A stretch of 64,000 nt of DNA from a bacterium (GTDB lineage Bacteria; Krumholzibacteriota; Krumholzibacteriia; LZORAL124-64-63), in assembly GCA_031441465.1 (NCBI GenBank), contig JANOEP010000009.1:64001-128000 (forward strand), read 5' to 3'. The notes under the pieces were generated by a model. It searched no databases. It was not told the origin of the DNA and was given only the letters and a program-made list of their open reading frames with translations. This document shows positions 10,794 to 19,878 of the stretch, piece by piece (positions within the stretch are counted from its first letter, which is position 1; each line of letters begins with the position of its first letter). Made by a program: the position numbers and the translations under genes.

Positions 10794-11503
10794 GGCCGCT
10801 CCCGGCGGACCGACTCGACGAGGACCCCTTTATCGAGGTGCAGCACGCGGTGGGCGCGCTCGGCGGCGCGCGGGTCGTGGGTGACCATCACGACCGTCTT
10901 GCCGAACTCGCGGTTCAGGCGCCCGATCAGGTCGAGGATTTCGGCGGCCGAAACGGCGTCCAGGTCGCCGGTCGGCTCGTCCGCCACCAGCAGCGACGGG
11001 TCGCTGACGATCGCCCGCGCGATCGCGACGCGCTGCTCCTGCCCGCCCGAGAGCTGGCGCGGGTAGTGGTCGCTGCGGTCGTGCAGGCCGACGACGTCCA
11101 GCACGTCCAGCACGTGCTGCTTCCGCTCGCGGCGGTCCAGGGAGGTCAACAGCAGCGGCAACTCGACGTTCTGGAACGCCGTCAGCACCGGGATCAGGTT
11201 GTACGACTGGAAGATGAAGCCGACGTGCCGCGCGCGGAAGGCGGCCAGCGCGGCGTTGTCGAGGCCGCCGAGGTCCACCCCCGCCACCACGACGCGCCCG
11301 GAGGTCGGCGTGTCGATGCCGCTGACCAGGTTCAGGATGGTCGACTTGCCCGAGCCGGACGGGCCCATCAGGGCGAGGAACTCGCCGGCCGCGACGTCGA
11401 GGTCGAGCGCGGCAAGGACCGGCACCGCGATCGTGTCGCGCCGGTAGGTCTTGCTCACGCCGCGCAGGGCGATGATCGGCTGTCCGGCGGCGACGCTCAC
11501 CAC
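10790..11503 (-). CDS. ABC transporter ATP-binding protein (LolD/MacB-like)
   Basis: Walker A GPSGSGKS, signature [22 protein letters not shown]. Confidence 0.95.
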   Translation of the reverse strand: MVSVAAGQPIIALRGVSKTYRRDTIAVPVLAALDLDVAAGEFLALMGPSGSGKSTILNLVSGIDTPTSGRVVVAGVDLGGLDNAALAAFRARHVGFIFQSYNLIPVLTAFQNVELPLLLTSLDRRERKQHVLDVLDVVGLHDRSDHYPRQLSGGQEQRVAIARAIVSDPSLLVADEPTGDLDAVSAAEILDLIGRLNREFGKTVVMVTHDPRAAERAHRVLHLDKGVLVESVRRERP

Positions 11504-11522
11504 GCTCCTCCTTCGTTCCGGA

Positions 11523-12755
11523 TCAGAGCGAGATGCGCACGCGTTGTCCCGAGCGCAGGCGCGAAGCCCCGCCGACGACGACCTGGTCGCCGTCGTCGAG
11601 CCCGACGAGGATCTCCACCAGTTCTCCGCTGCGCTCCCCGACGGTGACGTTCTGGGCGACCGCCTTGCCGTCGCGCACGAGCCAGACCCTGCTCTTACCC
11701 TCCTGCTCGCGCACCGCCGCGGCCGGCACGCGCAGCACCTTCGGGACGGTCGTGATGCGGTCGGTCGGGCGGGTCTCCAGGAAGGTCACCTTCGCCCCGA
11801 GATCGGGGCGGACGCGCGAATCCGCCGCCACGAACCGCACGCGCACCGGGATGGTGGCCTTGTCGCGATCGGCCGATGGGTAGATGGAGCGGACCTCGCC
11901 GGGATAATGGACCTCCGGGTAGGCGTCCAGGACCACGTCGCACGGCATGCCGAGCGCCACTCGCGCGATGTAGCTCTCGTTCACGTCCACGCCGACCTCG
12001 AGGGTGCCCAGGTCGGCGATGGTGACCACCGCGCCGGCGCGGGCGGTGTTGCTGGTCATGATCGGGCCGACGATCTCGCCCACCTCGGCGTCCTTGCGCA
12101 GGACCGCGCCGGCGAACGGGGCCGTGATGCGCGTCTTGTCGAGTTCCAGGCGCGCGGTCTGCAGCGCCGCGCGGGCCACGGCGACCAGGGCCCGGGCGGC
12201 CCGGACCTCCGCGACCGCGGTCATCGCGACGGTGTCCGCGCTTTCGTCCTCCTCGGCGCCGATCGCGCCGGCCGCCCGCAGGTCGGCGCGTCGGGCGGCG
12301 CGTCGGCGGGCGTCGACCTCGACGGCCTCGGCCTGCGCCTGACGCGCCTCGGCGAGCGCGAGGTCCGCCTCGGCGCGGGCGACGGCCGCCCGCTGGTCCT
12401 CGTCGAGCAGGCGCGCCACGACCTGGCCCGCCGACACGGTGTCGCCCTCCTCGACCGTGACCTCGGCGAGGCGGCCGGTGGCGCGGGCCGCCACCGAGGC
12501 CTGGTGGCGGGCCTCGACGTAGCCGTTGGTCGTCAGCACGACCTTGCCCTGTTCGGCCGGGCCGCCGCCGCCGCTGCGGGCCGTGGCCACGGTGACCGTG
12601 GCCGGCCGCGTCAGGAACGACAGCACGGCGATCACGACGACCGCCGCCAGCAGGATCCAGGGCCAGCGCCGCGGTTTCCGCCGCGCGCTGCGTTCGTCGT
12701 CGGTGATGCGCAGTTTTCCCAGATCGGCGGAAGCCGCGCCGCGTCCGTCAGCCAC
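11523..12755 (-). CDS. Periplasmic adaptor (HlyD/MacA family) of the ABC exporter
   Basis: DLGKLRI N-terminus, a TM anchor, NGYVEARHQASV, ITAPFAGAVL and VDVNESYI. The start (GTG 12755) is inferred. Confidence 0.88.
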   Translation of the reverse strand: MADGRGAASADLGKLRITDDERSARRKPRRWPWILLAAVVVIAVLSFLTRPATVTVATARSGGGGPAEQGKVVLTTNGYVEARHQASVAARATGRLAEVTVEEGDTVSAGQVVARLLDEDQRAAVARAEADLALAEARQAQAEAVEVDARRRAARRADLRAAGAIGAEEDESADTVAMTAVAEVRAARALVAVARAALQTARLELDKTRITAPFAGAVLRKDAEVGEIVGPIMTSNTARAGAVVTIADLGTLEVGVDVNESYIARVALGMPCDVVLDAYPEVHYPGEVRSIYPSADRDKATIPVRVRFVAADSRVRPDLGAKVTFLETRPTDRITTVPKVLRVPAAAVREQEGKSRVWLVRDGKAVAQNVTVGERSGELVEILVGLDDGDQVVVGGASRLRSGQRVRISL

Positions 12756-12885
12756 GGTTCGAACCTGCCTCGTTCGGGTGGTCGGAGTCGTTTCCGCGTG
12801 TCGGATGGAATGTAGTCTAGGCACGAGCGGCAGCCCGGTCAAGGGCGCCGGGTTGCCTCTCGGGAGCGTGGAGCCTCGGTCCGGG

Positions 12886-13722
12886 CTAGTAATCACTCCC
12901 CATCGGCAGGGCTTCCAGCTCCCGCGCCGTGAAGACCGGGCCTTCCTTGCAGACGTACGTGCCGCCGATGTTGCACCGGCCGCACTTGCCCACGCCGCAC
13001 TTCATGCGGTTCTCGAGCGTGGTGACGATCTGCTCGGGGGCGAAGCCCAGCTTGTCGAGCACGGGCATCGAGAACTTGATCATGATCGGGGGGCCGCACA
13101 CGAAGGCCAGGCCGTTGCTCGAGGGCGGGGCGTACTGCTCGAGCGCGGTCGGCACGAAGCCGATCTTGCCCTTCCAGTCGGGGGTTTCGCCGCCGGGATC
13201 GACCGTGGTCACCAGCTCCACGTCGCTGCGCGCCTCCCAGTCGGCCAGCTCGTGCTTGTAGACGAGGTCCGCCACGCTGCGCGCGCCGTAGACGATGCGC
13301 ACGGCCCCGAACTCGTCGCGGCGGTCCAGCACGTTCCAGATCAGGCAGCGCAGGGGCGGCAGGGCGATGCCGCCGACCACGAACAGCAGGTCCTTGCCGC
13401 GGTACTCCTCGAGCGGGAAGTGGTTCCCGTACGGCCCGCGGAAGCCGATGACGTCGCCGACCTCCTTGCGGCGCAGCACCTCGGTCACCTTGCCCATGGC
13501 GCGGAAGGTGCACTCGAGGTGACCCTTCCAGGTGGGCGGCGAGGCGATGCAGAAGGTCGACTCGCCCTCGCCGAACGCCGAGTACAGTCCGAACTGGCCG
13601 GCGAGGAAGCTGAACGACTCGCGCATCTGCGGCTCGACGAAGCGCAGTTTGAGCGTCTTGACGTCGTGCGTCTCCTGGCGGGTCTCGAAGATCTCCATCA
13701 GGTGCGGCGTGTAGAGCCTCAT
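12886..13722 (-). CDS. flxA: FAD/NAD(P)-binding [2Fe-2S] subunit (FlxA; AsrB/PyrK-like)
   Basis: GQF...GE, RGPYGNHF, GGIALPPLR, CGPPIM and MKCGVGKCGRCNIG...C motifs; in an hdr cluster. Confidence 0.85.
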   Translation of the reverse strand: MRLYTPHLMEIFETRQETHDVKTLKLRFVEPQMRESFSFLAGQFGLYSAFGEGESTFCIASPPTWKGHLECTFRAMGKVTEVLRRKEVGDVIGFRGPYGNHFPLEEYRGKDLLFVVGGIALPPLRCLIWNVLDRRDEFGAVRIVYGARSVADLVYKHELADWEARSDVELVTTVDPGGETPDWKGKIGFVPTALEQYAPPSSNGLAFVCGPPIMIKFSMPVLDKLGFAPEQIVTTLENRMKCGVGKCGRCNIGGTYVCKEGPVFTARELEALPMGSDY

Positions 13723-14750
13723 CGCACACCTCCCTGGCCGGCGGGCGCCGCCCCGAACACCTGCAGCACCTCGACGAGGTCCATGCCGGCGGGGCAGGCG
13801 TCCACGCACCGCCCGCAGCCGGTGCAGAGCAGGTGGCCGAACTTGTCGGGGTAGTAGACGAACTTGTGGTAGATGCGCTGCCGGTAGCGCCGCGACTGGC
13901 GCGGGCGCGGGTTGTGTCCCGAAGCGTGCGCCGTGAAGTGGTCGAACGCGCAGGCGTCCCAGTTTCGCACGCGCTCGCCGCGGCGCCAGTCCCCCTCGTC
14001 CACCACGTCGAAGCAGTGGCACGACGGGCAGACGTAGGCGCAGGTCCCGCACCCCACGCAGGCGTCCGACAGCGACTCCCACACCGGGTCGTCGAAGCGG
14101 TCGCGCAGCGCGGCGGCGGCCGCCGCGACGTCCAGCGGGAGCGTGCCGGCCTTGCCGGGGGCGGGCCGGCCGGCGTCGGCCGGGGCCGCGGACAGCGGTT
14201 GCGGCGCGCCGGCGAGCGCCGCTTCGCCGGCCTCGGTCAGGGCGCAGACGGTGTAGCCGCCCTCGACCGGGGAGATCATCACGTCGGCCTGCGGCGACCA
14301 CGCGGGGTCGACCCCCGCGGCGGCGCAGAAGCAGCTTTCGGGCGACGGCGCCGCGGCGCAGCCGAGCGCCACCAACAGCGTGCCGGCCCGGCGGGCCTCG
14401 AACGGCTCGTCGATGTAGTCCCAGCGCATGACCGCGTCGAGCGCGCGCACACCCGCCACGTCGCACGGGTGCACGAGCAGCAGCACGGTCGGGGGCGCGT
14501 CCAGGGGCGCTTCGACGATCTGCGGCGGGTTCGTTGCCAGGTCGTAGACGAACAGCGTCTCGTGGCGCGGCAGCAGCCACTCGCGCGGCGACACCTTCGT
14601 GCGGCCGTAGTCCCAGGCGACCTCGCCGGCGTCGCGGATCGGCGCCCAGACCGGTCCCGCGGGCGTGACGACGGGCGCGACGACCCGGCGCTCGCGCAGC
14701 AGGGCGCTCGTCCAGGTCTTGAGATCGTCGACGGTCCAACGCTGGTCCAC
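13719..14750 (-). CDS. flxB: 4Fe-4S dicluster protein (FlxB; AsrA/HydB-like)
   Basis: HPCD, CFC, CVGCGTCAYVCPSCHCF, RNWDAC, RYRQRIYHKF and CTGCGRCVDACP. Confidence 0.85.
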   Translation of the reverse strand: MDQRWTVDDLKTWTSALLRERRVVAPVVTPAGPVWAPIRDAGEVAWDYGRTKVSPREWLLPRHETLFVYDLATNPPQIVEAPLDAPPTVLLLVHPCDVAGVRALDAVMRWDYIDEPFEARRAGTLLVALGCAAAPSPESCFCAAAGVDPAWSPQADVMISPVEGGYTVCALTEAGEAALAGAPQPLSAAPADAGRPAPGKAGTLPLDVAAAAAALRDRFDDPVWESLSDACVGCGTCAYVCPSCHCFDVVDEGDWRRGERVRNWDACAFDHFTAHASGHNPRPRQSRRYRQRIYHKFVYYPDKFGHLLCTGCGRCVDACPAGMDLVEVLQVFGAAPAGQGGVR

Positions 14751-14762
14751 GTCCGGCCTCCT

Positions 14763-16046
14763 CTACAGGATGAACGGCGCCTGGTCGTCCTGGCGCCCGA
14801 AGAGCAACGGGGAGCGCCGCTCGCCCTCGGCCGGCGGGCCGAAGTCGCGCAGCGCGGCGCGGTTGAGGTGCGCCCCGAGCGCGGCCAGCGGGATGCCCAC
14901 GGGGCAGGCGTCGCTGCAGGCGCCGCACTCGACGCAGCGGCCCGCCTGGTGGAAGGCGCGCGTCACGTTCCAGACCCAGTTGCCCGCCGGGGTGGGCGAC
15001 GAGTCGATCCAGCGCGGGCGCGTCTTGTCGGCGACGCAGCGCACGCAGGAGCAGGTCGGGCAACCCTCGCGGCAGGCGTAGCAGCGCAGGCAGCGCGAGA
15101 AGGCGGCGCTCCAGAAGGCCCAGCGATCCTCGGCCGGGACGTCGGGGCCGGGCACGCCGTGGATCTCCCAGGCGGGCTCATCGCTCGGCGCCGCCGGCGC
15201 TCCATCGCGCTCGTAGACGCGCACGCGCGCCGGATCGATCTGCTGCTCGGCCTGCAGCCGCGCGATCGCCTCGCGCCGTCCCGGGCCGGCCACGATGCCG
15301 AACACGCCCTCCGGCTCCTCGCGCAGCCGGCGCAGCAGGAGCGGCACCAGCGGCGTGGCGGCGTCGGCGGCCGTGAACAGTCCGACCTCTTCGGGGCTGC
15401 GCGCCCACATCGCGCGCGGGTGGTCGGCCCGGCGTCCGGCGCGCAGGCCGAGCACCGCCTTGACCGCACCCGAGACGAGGTCGGCGCGCATGGCGTCGCG
15501 ACCCGGCAGTTCCGTCGCCGCCGGTCCCGCCGGCTTCGCGCGCCCCGTCGTCGCCCAGCCGCGCGCGAGGGCGCCTTCGGCCGGCGCGAAGCCGGGGAAC
15601 GGGCCGAGGGCCCGCACCGTGTCGGTCACGTTGCGCACGACGTCGACGAACTTGCCCCCCTCGGCGGCCGACACCCACGAGAAGTGGATGCGGTTCTGGT
15701 CCATGCCGACGAAGTCGAGCAGCTCGCGGAACATCACCCAGCGCCGCCGGGCGGCGTAGTTGCCGCTCGTGTAGTGGCAGTCGCCCGGGTGGCAGCCCGA
15801 CACGAGCACGCCGTCGCTGCCCATGGCGAAGGCCCGCAGCAGGAACAGCGGGTCGATGCGCCCGGTGCACGGCAGCTTGATCAGGCGGATCTGCGGCGGG
15901 TACTTCAGGCGGCTCGTGCCGGCGAGGTCGGCCCCCGCGTACGTGCACCAGCGGCAGACGAAGGCGGTGATCCGCGGCTGCCAGGTCGCGGCGTCCTCGC
16001 CCCCGACGATCGCAGCGGCGCCTCTCGTGTCGGTTTCCGCGCTCAT
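14763..16046 (-). CDS. MvhD-like [2Fe-2S] domain fused to a 4Fe-4S dicluster domain (FlxD-FlxC fusion)
   Basis: N-terminal AFVCRWCTYAGADLAG...CTGRID...GCHPGDCHY (MvhD); C-terminal CLRCYACREGCPTCSCVRC and RCVECGACSDACP. Confidence 0.85.
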   Translation of the reverse strand: MSAETDTRGAAAIVGGEDAATWQPRITAFVCRWCTYAGADLAGTSRLKYPPQIRLIKLPCTGRIDPLFLLRAFAMGSDGVLVSGCHPGDCHYTSGNYAARRRWVMFRELLDFVGMDQNRIHFSWVSAAEGGKFVDVVRNVTDTVRALGPFPGFAPAEGALARGWATTGRAKPAGPAATELPGRDAMRADLVSGAVKAVLGLRAGRRADHPRAMWARSPEEVGLFTAADAATPLVPLLLRRLREEPEGVFGIVAGPGRREAIARLQAEQQIDPARVRVYERDGAPAAPSDEPAWEIHGVPGPDVPAEDRWAFWSAAFSRCLRCYACREGCPTCSCVRCVADKTRPRWIDSSPTPAGNWVWNVTRAFHQAGRCVECGACSDACPVGIPLAALGAHLNRAALRDFGPPAEGERRSPLLFGRQDDQAPFIL

Positions 16047-16068
16047 CTCACATCTCCTTCGCGCGGCC

Positions 16069-18066
16069 CTAGGGGACCAGCGCGCTGATCTGGGCGAAGA
16101 TCTGCTCGTCGGTGTAGCCGGCAAGTTCGAGCGACTTCGACGGGCAGGTGGCCACGCAGGTCCCGCAACCGTTGCAGACGCCGGCGTTCACCCTGGCCGT
16201 GCGACGCAGCAGCCGTCCCTGCCGGTCCCGCACCTCGTTCAGTTCGACGGCGCCGTAGGGGCAGACCTCCTGGCAGGCGAAGCAGCCCGCGCAGACGGTC
16301 TCGTTCACGCGGGCGACGACCGGCTCGCGATCCAGCGTCTCGCGCGAGAACAGCACGGCCACCTTGGCCGCCGCCGCGCTCGCCTGCGCCACGGCCTCGG
16401 GGATGTCCTTGGGTCCCTGGCAGGCGCCGGCCAGCATGACGCCGGCGGCCGCCGATTCGACCGGCCTCAGTTTCGGGTGCGCCTCGGAATAGAAGGCGTG
16501 GCCGTCGTAGCCGACGCCGAACTTCTGCGCCAGGCGCGCCGCGCCGGTCTGCGGGCGGATCGCCGTGGCGAGCACGACCAGATCGGCCCGGATCTCCATC
16601 TGCCGGCCCGCGAGGGTGTCGACGCCCGAGACGACGATCTGGCCGCCGTCCTCGTACAGCCGCGACACCTTGCCGCGCAGGTAGAGGACCTCGTCCTGTT
16701 CGACGGCGCGCCGCACGAACTCGTCGTAGCCCTTGCCGGGCGCGCGCACGTCCATGTAGAAGACCACGGCCTTGCCCTCGTGCACTTTGTGCTTGTAGAG
16801 CAGGGCGTGCTTGGCCGTGTACATGCAGCAGATCTTCGAGCAGTACTCGATCCCCTTGGCGCGGTCGCGGCTGCCGACGCACTGCAGGAAGACCACGGTC
16901 TGCGGCACCTTGCCGTCCGAGGGTCGGCGGATCTCGCCGCCCGTCGGCCCCGACGCCGAGGCGAGGCGCTCGAACTGCAGGCCGTCGATGACGTCCGCGA
17001 TCTTGCCGCCGCCGTACTCGGGGTAGCCGCGCAGGCCGGCGCCCGGGTCGCCGATGTCGTAGAGCTGGTAGCCCGTCGCCAGCACCGCGGCGCCGACGTT
17101 TTCGACCACGAACTCGTCCTGCTGCTCGAAGTCCACCGCGCCCGGCCCGCACACCTTTTCGCAGACGCCGCACTTGCCCGTCTTGAAGTGCGTGCAGCGC
17201 TCGCGGTCGATGACCGGCTTGTTCGGCACGGCCTGCGGGAACGGGATGTAGATGGCGGCGCGGTGGCCCAGCCCCGCGTCGAACGCGGACGGGATCTTCT
17301 TCTGCGGGCACTTCTGCTGGCAGACGCCGCAGCCGGTGCACTTCGCCATGTCCACCGAGCGCGCCTTCTTGCGGATCGTGACGCGGAAGTTGCCGATGTA
17401 GCCCTCGACCTTCTCGACCTCGCTGTAGGTGTGCAGCGTGATCAGGGGGTGCTGGGCGACCTCGACCATGCGCGGCGTCAGGATGCACTGCGAGCAGTCG
17501 AGCGTCGGGAAGGTCTCCGACAGCTGGCTCATGTGCCCGCCGATGGACGGCTCCTTCTCCACCATCACCACCGGGATGCCGGCGTTGGCCATGTCCAGCG
17601 CCGCCTGGATCCCGGCGATGCCGCCGCCGACCACCAGCGCGCGCCGGGTCAGCGGCACCTTGATCGGGAACAGGTCCTCGTTGCGCTTGACCTTCTCGAC
17701 CATCATGCGCACCAGGTCGATCGCCTTGTCGGTGGCCGCCGGGCGATCCTCGTGCACCCACGAGCACTGCTCGCGCACGTTCACCATCTCGCAGCGGAAG
17801 GGGTTGAGCCCCTCGTTGAACGTGGCGCGGCGGAACGTCGGCTCGTGCATGGCCGGGCTGCACGCGGCCACCACCACGCCGTCGAGCTTCAGGTCGCGGA
17901 TCGCGGCGCGCACCATGTTCTGTCCCGGATCCGAGCACATGTACTTGTTGTCCACGGCGTGGACGACGCCGGGCAGCGCGCCCGCGGCTTCGGCGACCCT
18001 GGCGCAGTCCACGGTGCGTCCGATGTTCTCGCCGCAGTGGCAGATGAAGACCCCGATCCTAGACAT
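16069..18066 (-). CDS. hdrA: Heterodisulfide reductase subunit A
   Basis: RIGVFICHCGENI, YMCSDPGQ, AACSP, GGGIAG, FPTLDCSQCILTP, CVGSRD, YCSKICCMYTAK, GACQGPKDIP, plus C-terminal ferredoxin motifs. Confidence 0.96.
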   Translation of the reverse strand: MSRIGVFICHCGENIGRTVDCARVAEAAGALPGVVHAVDNKYMCSDPGQNMVRAAIRDLKLDGVVVAACSPAMHEPTFRRATFNEGLNPFRCEMVNVREQCSWVHEDRPAATDKAIDLVRMMVEKVKRNEDLFPIKVPLTRRALVVGGGIAGIQAALDMANAGIPVVMVEKEPSIGGHMSQLSETFPTLDCSQCILTPRMVEVAQHPLITLHTYSEVEKVEGYIGNFRVTIRKKARSVDMAKCTGCGVCQQKCPQKKIPSAFDAGLGHRAAIYIPFPQAVPNKPVIDRERCTHFKTGKCGVCEKVCGPGAVDFEQQDEFVVENVGAAVLATGYQLYDIGDPGAGLRGYPEYGGGKIADVIDGLQFERLASASGPTGGEIRRPSDGKVPQTVVFLQCVGSRDRAKGIEYCSKICCMYTAKHALLYKHKVHEGKAVVFYMDVRAPGKGYDEFVRRAVEQDEVLYLRGKVSRLYEDGGQIVVSGVDTLAGRQMEIRADLVVLATAIRPQTGAARLAQKFGVGYDGHAFYSEAHPKLRPVESAAAGVMLAGACQGPKDIPEAVAQASAAAAKVAVLFSRETLDREPVVARVNETVCAGCFACQEVCPYGAVELNEVRDRQGRLLRRTARVNAGVCNGCGTCVATCPSKSLELAGYTDEQIFAQISALVP

Positions 18067-18946
18067 GGTTCGCCTCCCGCGCCGGGATCAGCGCGTCCAC
18101 GCGGACGGGCACGATGTGGCGGTGCAGGCCGAGCGTCCGCGGCTCGATGCCGAGCGCCAGGCCGATCACCTGGGTGACGTAGAGGACGGGCATCTCGAAG
18201 TCGAACTTCATCTGCTTCGCGATCGCCGGCTGCGTCATGTCGAGGTTCGCGTGGCAGAGCGGGCAGGCGACCATCATCGCCTGCGCGCCGCGCGCGTGCG
18301 CCATCGCCAGCAGCTTGCCCGACAGGTCGCGCACGATGCCGGGCTCGGGCAGCGCCAGCGAGGCGCCGCAACAGTCCAGCCGCAGCGGCCAGGCCACGGG
18401 CTCCCCGCCCGCCAGGCGGACGAGGTCCTCGAGCAGGGTCGGGTCCTCGGCGTCGTCGAAGGCGTTTTCCCCGCGCGGCCGCGTCAGCAGGCAGCCGTAG
18501 TAGCAGGCGACCTTCAACCCGTTCAGCGGGCGCGTCACCTTCGCGGCCACCGCCTCGCTCACGTCCGAGCGCGCCAGCAGCTGAGCCACGTGCAGGATCT
18601 CCAGATCGGGGTCGATGCGGCCACCCACGCGCGCCGCCGCCGCCGGCGCCGCCGCGGGATGGGCGCGCAACTCGGCGCTCGCCGCGCGCAGCCGGGAAAA
18701 GCAGGAGGCGCAGCCGGTCAGCAGGGGCCCCGCTCCGGTCGCCGTGGCGCGGGCGAGGTTCCAGTCGCCCAGCACGTGCGCCGACTCCGCGTCGATCGCG
18801 TGCGCCGGCGTGGCGCCGCAGCAGCACCAGTCCTCGATCTCACGCAGTTCGAAACCGAGGACGCCGGCCACCGCACGGATGGACTCGTCGTACTCGCGTG
18901 CGGTGGCGTGCAGCGAACAGCCGGGGTAGTAGGAAAAGCTGGTCAC
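18059..18946 (-). CDS. hdrB: Heterodisulfide reductase subunit B
   Basis: YYPGCSL, DWCCCGA, YYGCLLTRP, CCGAS and ACPLCHANLD (two CCG domains). Confidence 0.94.
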   Translation of the reverse strand: MTSFSYYPGCSLHATAREYDESIRAVAGVLGFELREIEDWCCCGATPAHAIDAESAHVLGDWNLARATATGAGPLLTGCASCFSRLRAASAELRAHPAAAPAAAARVGGRIDPDLEILHVAQLLARSDVSEAVAAKVTRPLNGLKVACYYGCLLTRPRGENAFDDAEDPTLLEDLVRLAGGEPVAWPLRLDCCGASLALPEPGIVRDLSGKLLAMAHARGAQAMMVACPLCHANLDMTQPAIAKQMKFDFEMPVLYVTQVIGLALGIEPRTLGLHRHIVPVRVDALIPAREANHV

Positions 18947-19485
18947 GGCTGCTCCTTTCCCGGCAGAGCTTGCCGACGGCGCGCCAGGCCGGGGCCGCGC
19001 AGCGTCTTGCCGTCGAGCCGGATCTTCCCGCGCGTGAGAAGCGCGGGAAGGCTTTCGAGATTCTGGAAAAAGGCCCGCGCGCGCAGGTTGTACTCGGCCC
19101 CCAGCTTGACCTCGCTGAGGCGGCCCGAGGCGAGCACCTGCTGCACGAAGATGCGGTTGAACAGGCGCGCGCGGCGCGCGGCGGCCGGCACGGTGCCGGC
19201 CTGCTCGGCTTCCGCGCGCAGCGCGTCCATCACGCGCGAGAGATCGAGCTCCTGCGGGCAGCGCACCGCGCAAGTCTGGCAGCCGACGCACAGCCACGGC
19301 TGCAGAGCGCTGAGCGGCTCGTCGCTGTCGAGTTGCAGATGCCGCATCACCTGGTGCGGCAGCAGATCGCCGCGGCCCGCGGTCGGGCAGCCGGCGGTGC
19401 AGCAGCCGCACTGGTAGCAACTGAAGACGTTCAGATCCGCGGCCCGCGCGACGCGCGCGCGCAACGATCCCGTCGCGCTGTTCAT
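18943..19485 (-). CDS. hdrC: Heterodisulfide reductase subunit C
   Basis: CYQCGCCTAGCP and WLCVGCQTCAVRCP...VMDALR. Confidence 0.92.
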   Translation of the reverse strand: MNSATGSLRARVARAADLNVFSCYQCGCCTAGCPTAGRGDLLPHQVMRHLQLDSDEPLSALQPWLCVGCQTCAVRCPQELDLSRVMDALRAEAEQAGTVPAAARRARLFNRIFVQQVLASGRLSEVKLGAEYNLRARAFFQNLESLPALLTRGKIRLDGKTLRGPGLARRRQALPGKEQP

Positions 19486-19579
19486 GTCCACGCCCCCGGA
19501 ATGGGTCAAGGTCGGGAAAACTCCTCTTCGTGTCTCCGGCGGAAAGGTCTCGCCTCCCGGCCGGCCTACCGACACATCC

Positions 19580-19870
19580 GATGATTCGGCTGAAATATTG
19601 TTATTGTTTTGACAAATTCAAGAACAATGATGGATCAAGATAATCATATTCAACAACATAGGTTGTGGCTGGAAGATTGGGTCCACCAGGAATCCATGAA
19701 ATAATATTCAAAATAATATCCAATAATAAACATAAGCAGTGAAGTCGAGTAGGCTCATCCTCCCGGACCCAATTTCCCTGCCACAACCTATTGATAGAGA
19801 TATTCAATCTTAATTAATGTACATTGCCCTGCGGCGAATCGCGGCGATGCCGCCACACTATATTTACAGG
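19580..19870. promoter_or_regulatory. AT-rich divergent intergenic region (hdr operon / kinase promoters)
   Basis: Sharp drop in GC between the divergent hdrC and kinase genes; imperfect palindrome attgttttga-caaat-tcaagaacaat at 19603-19628. Confidence 0.5.
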
Positions 19871-19878
19871 AGCCCCCC

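Noticed and set aside
12886..14750. asrAB sulfite reductase or sulfhydrogenase assignment
   Set aside because: No asrC or NiFe hydrogenase subunits nearby; position after hdrCBA-mvhD fits flxBA.
14763..18066. Selenocysteine recoding in HdrA/MvhD
   Set aside because: Both frames are open, with Cys at the motif positions and no in-frame TGA.
19601..19807. 68-aa ORF in the AT-rich spacer
   Set aside because: Atypical composition, no RBS or motif; more likely regulatory DNA.
19790..19810. FNR box (ttgatagagatattcaat)
   Set aside because: Does not fit TTGAT-N4-ATCAA spacing.
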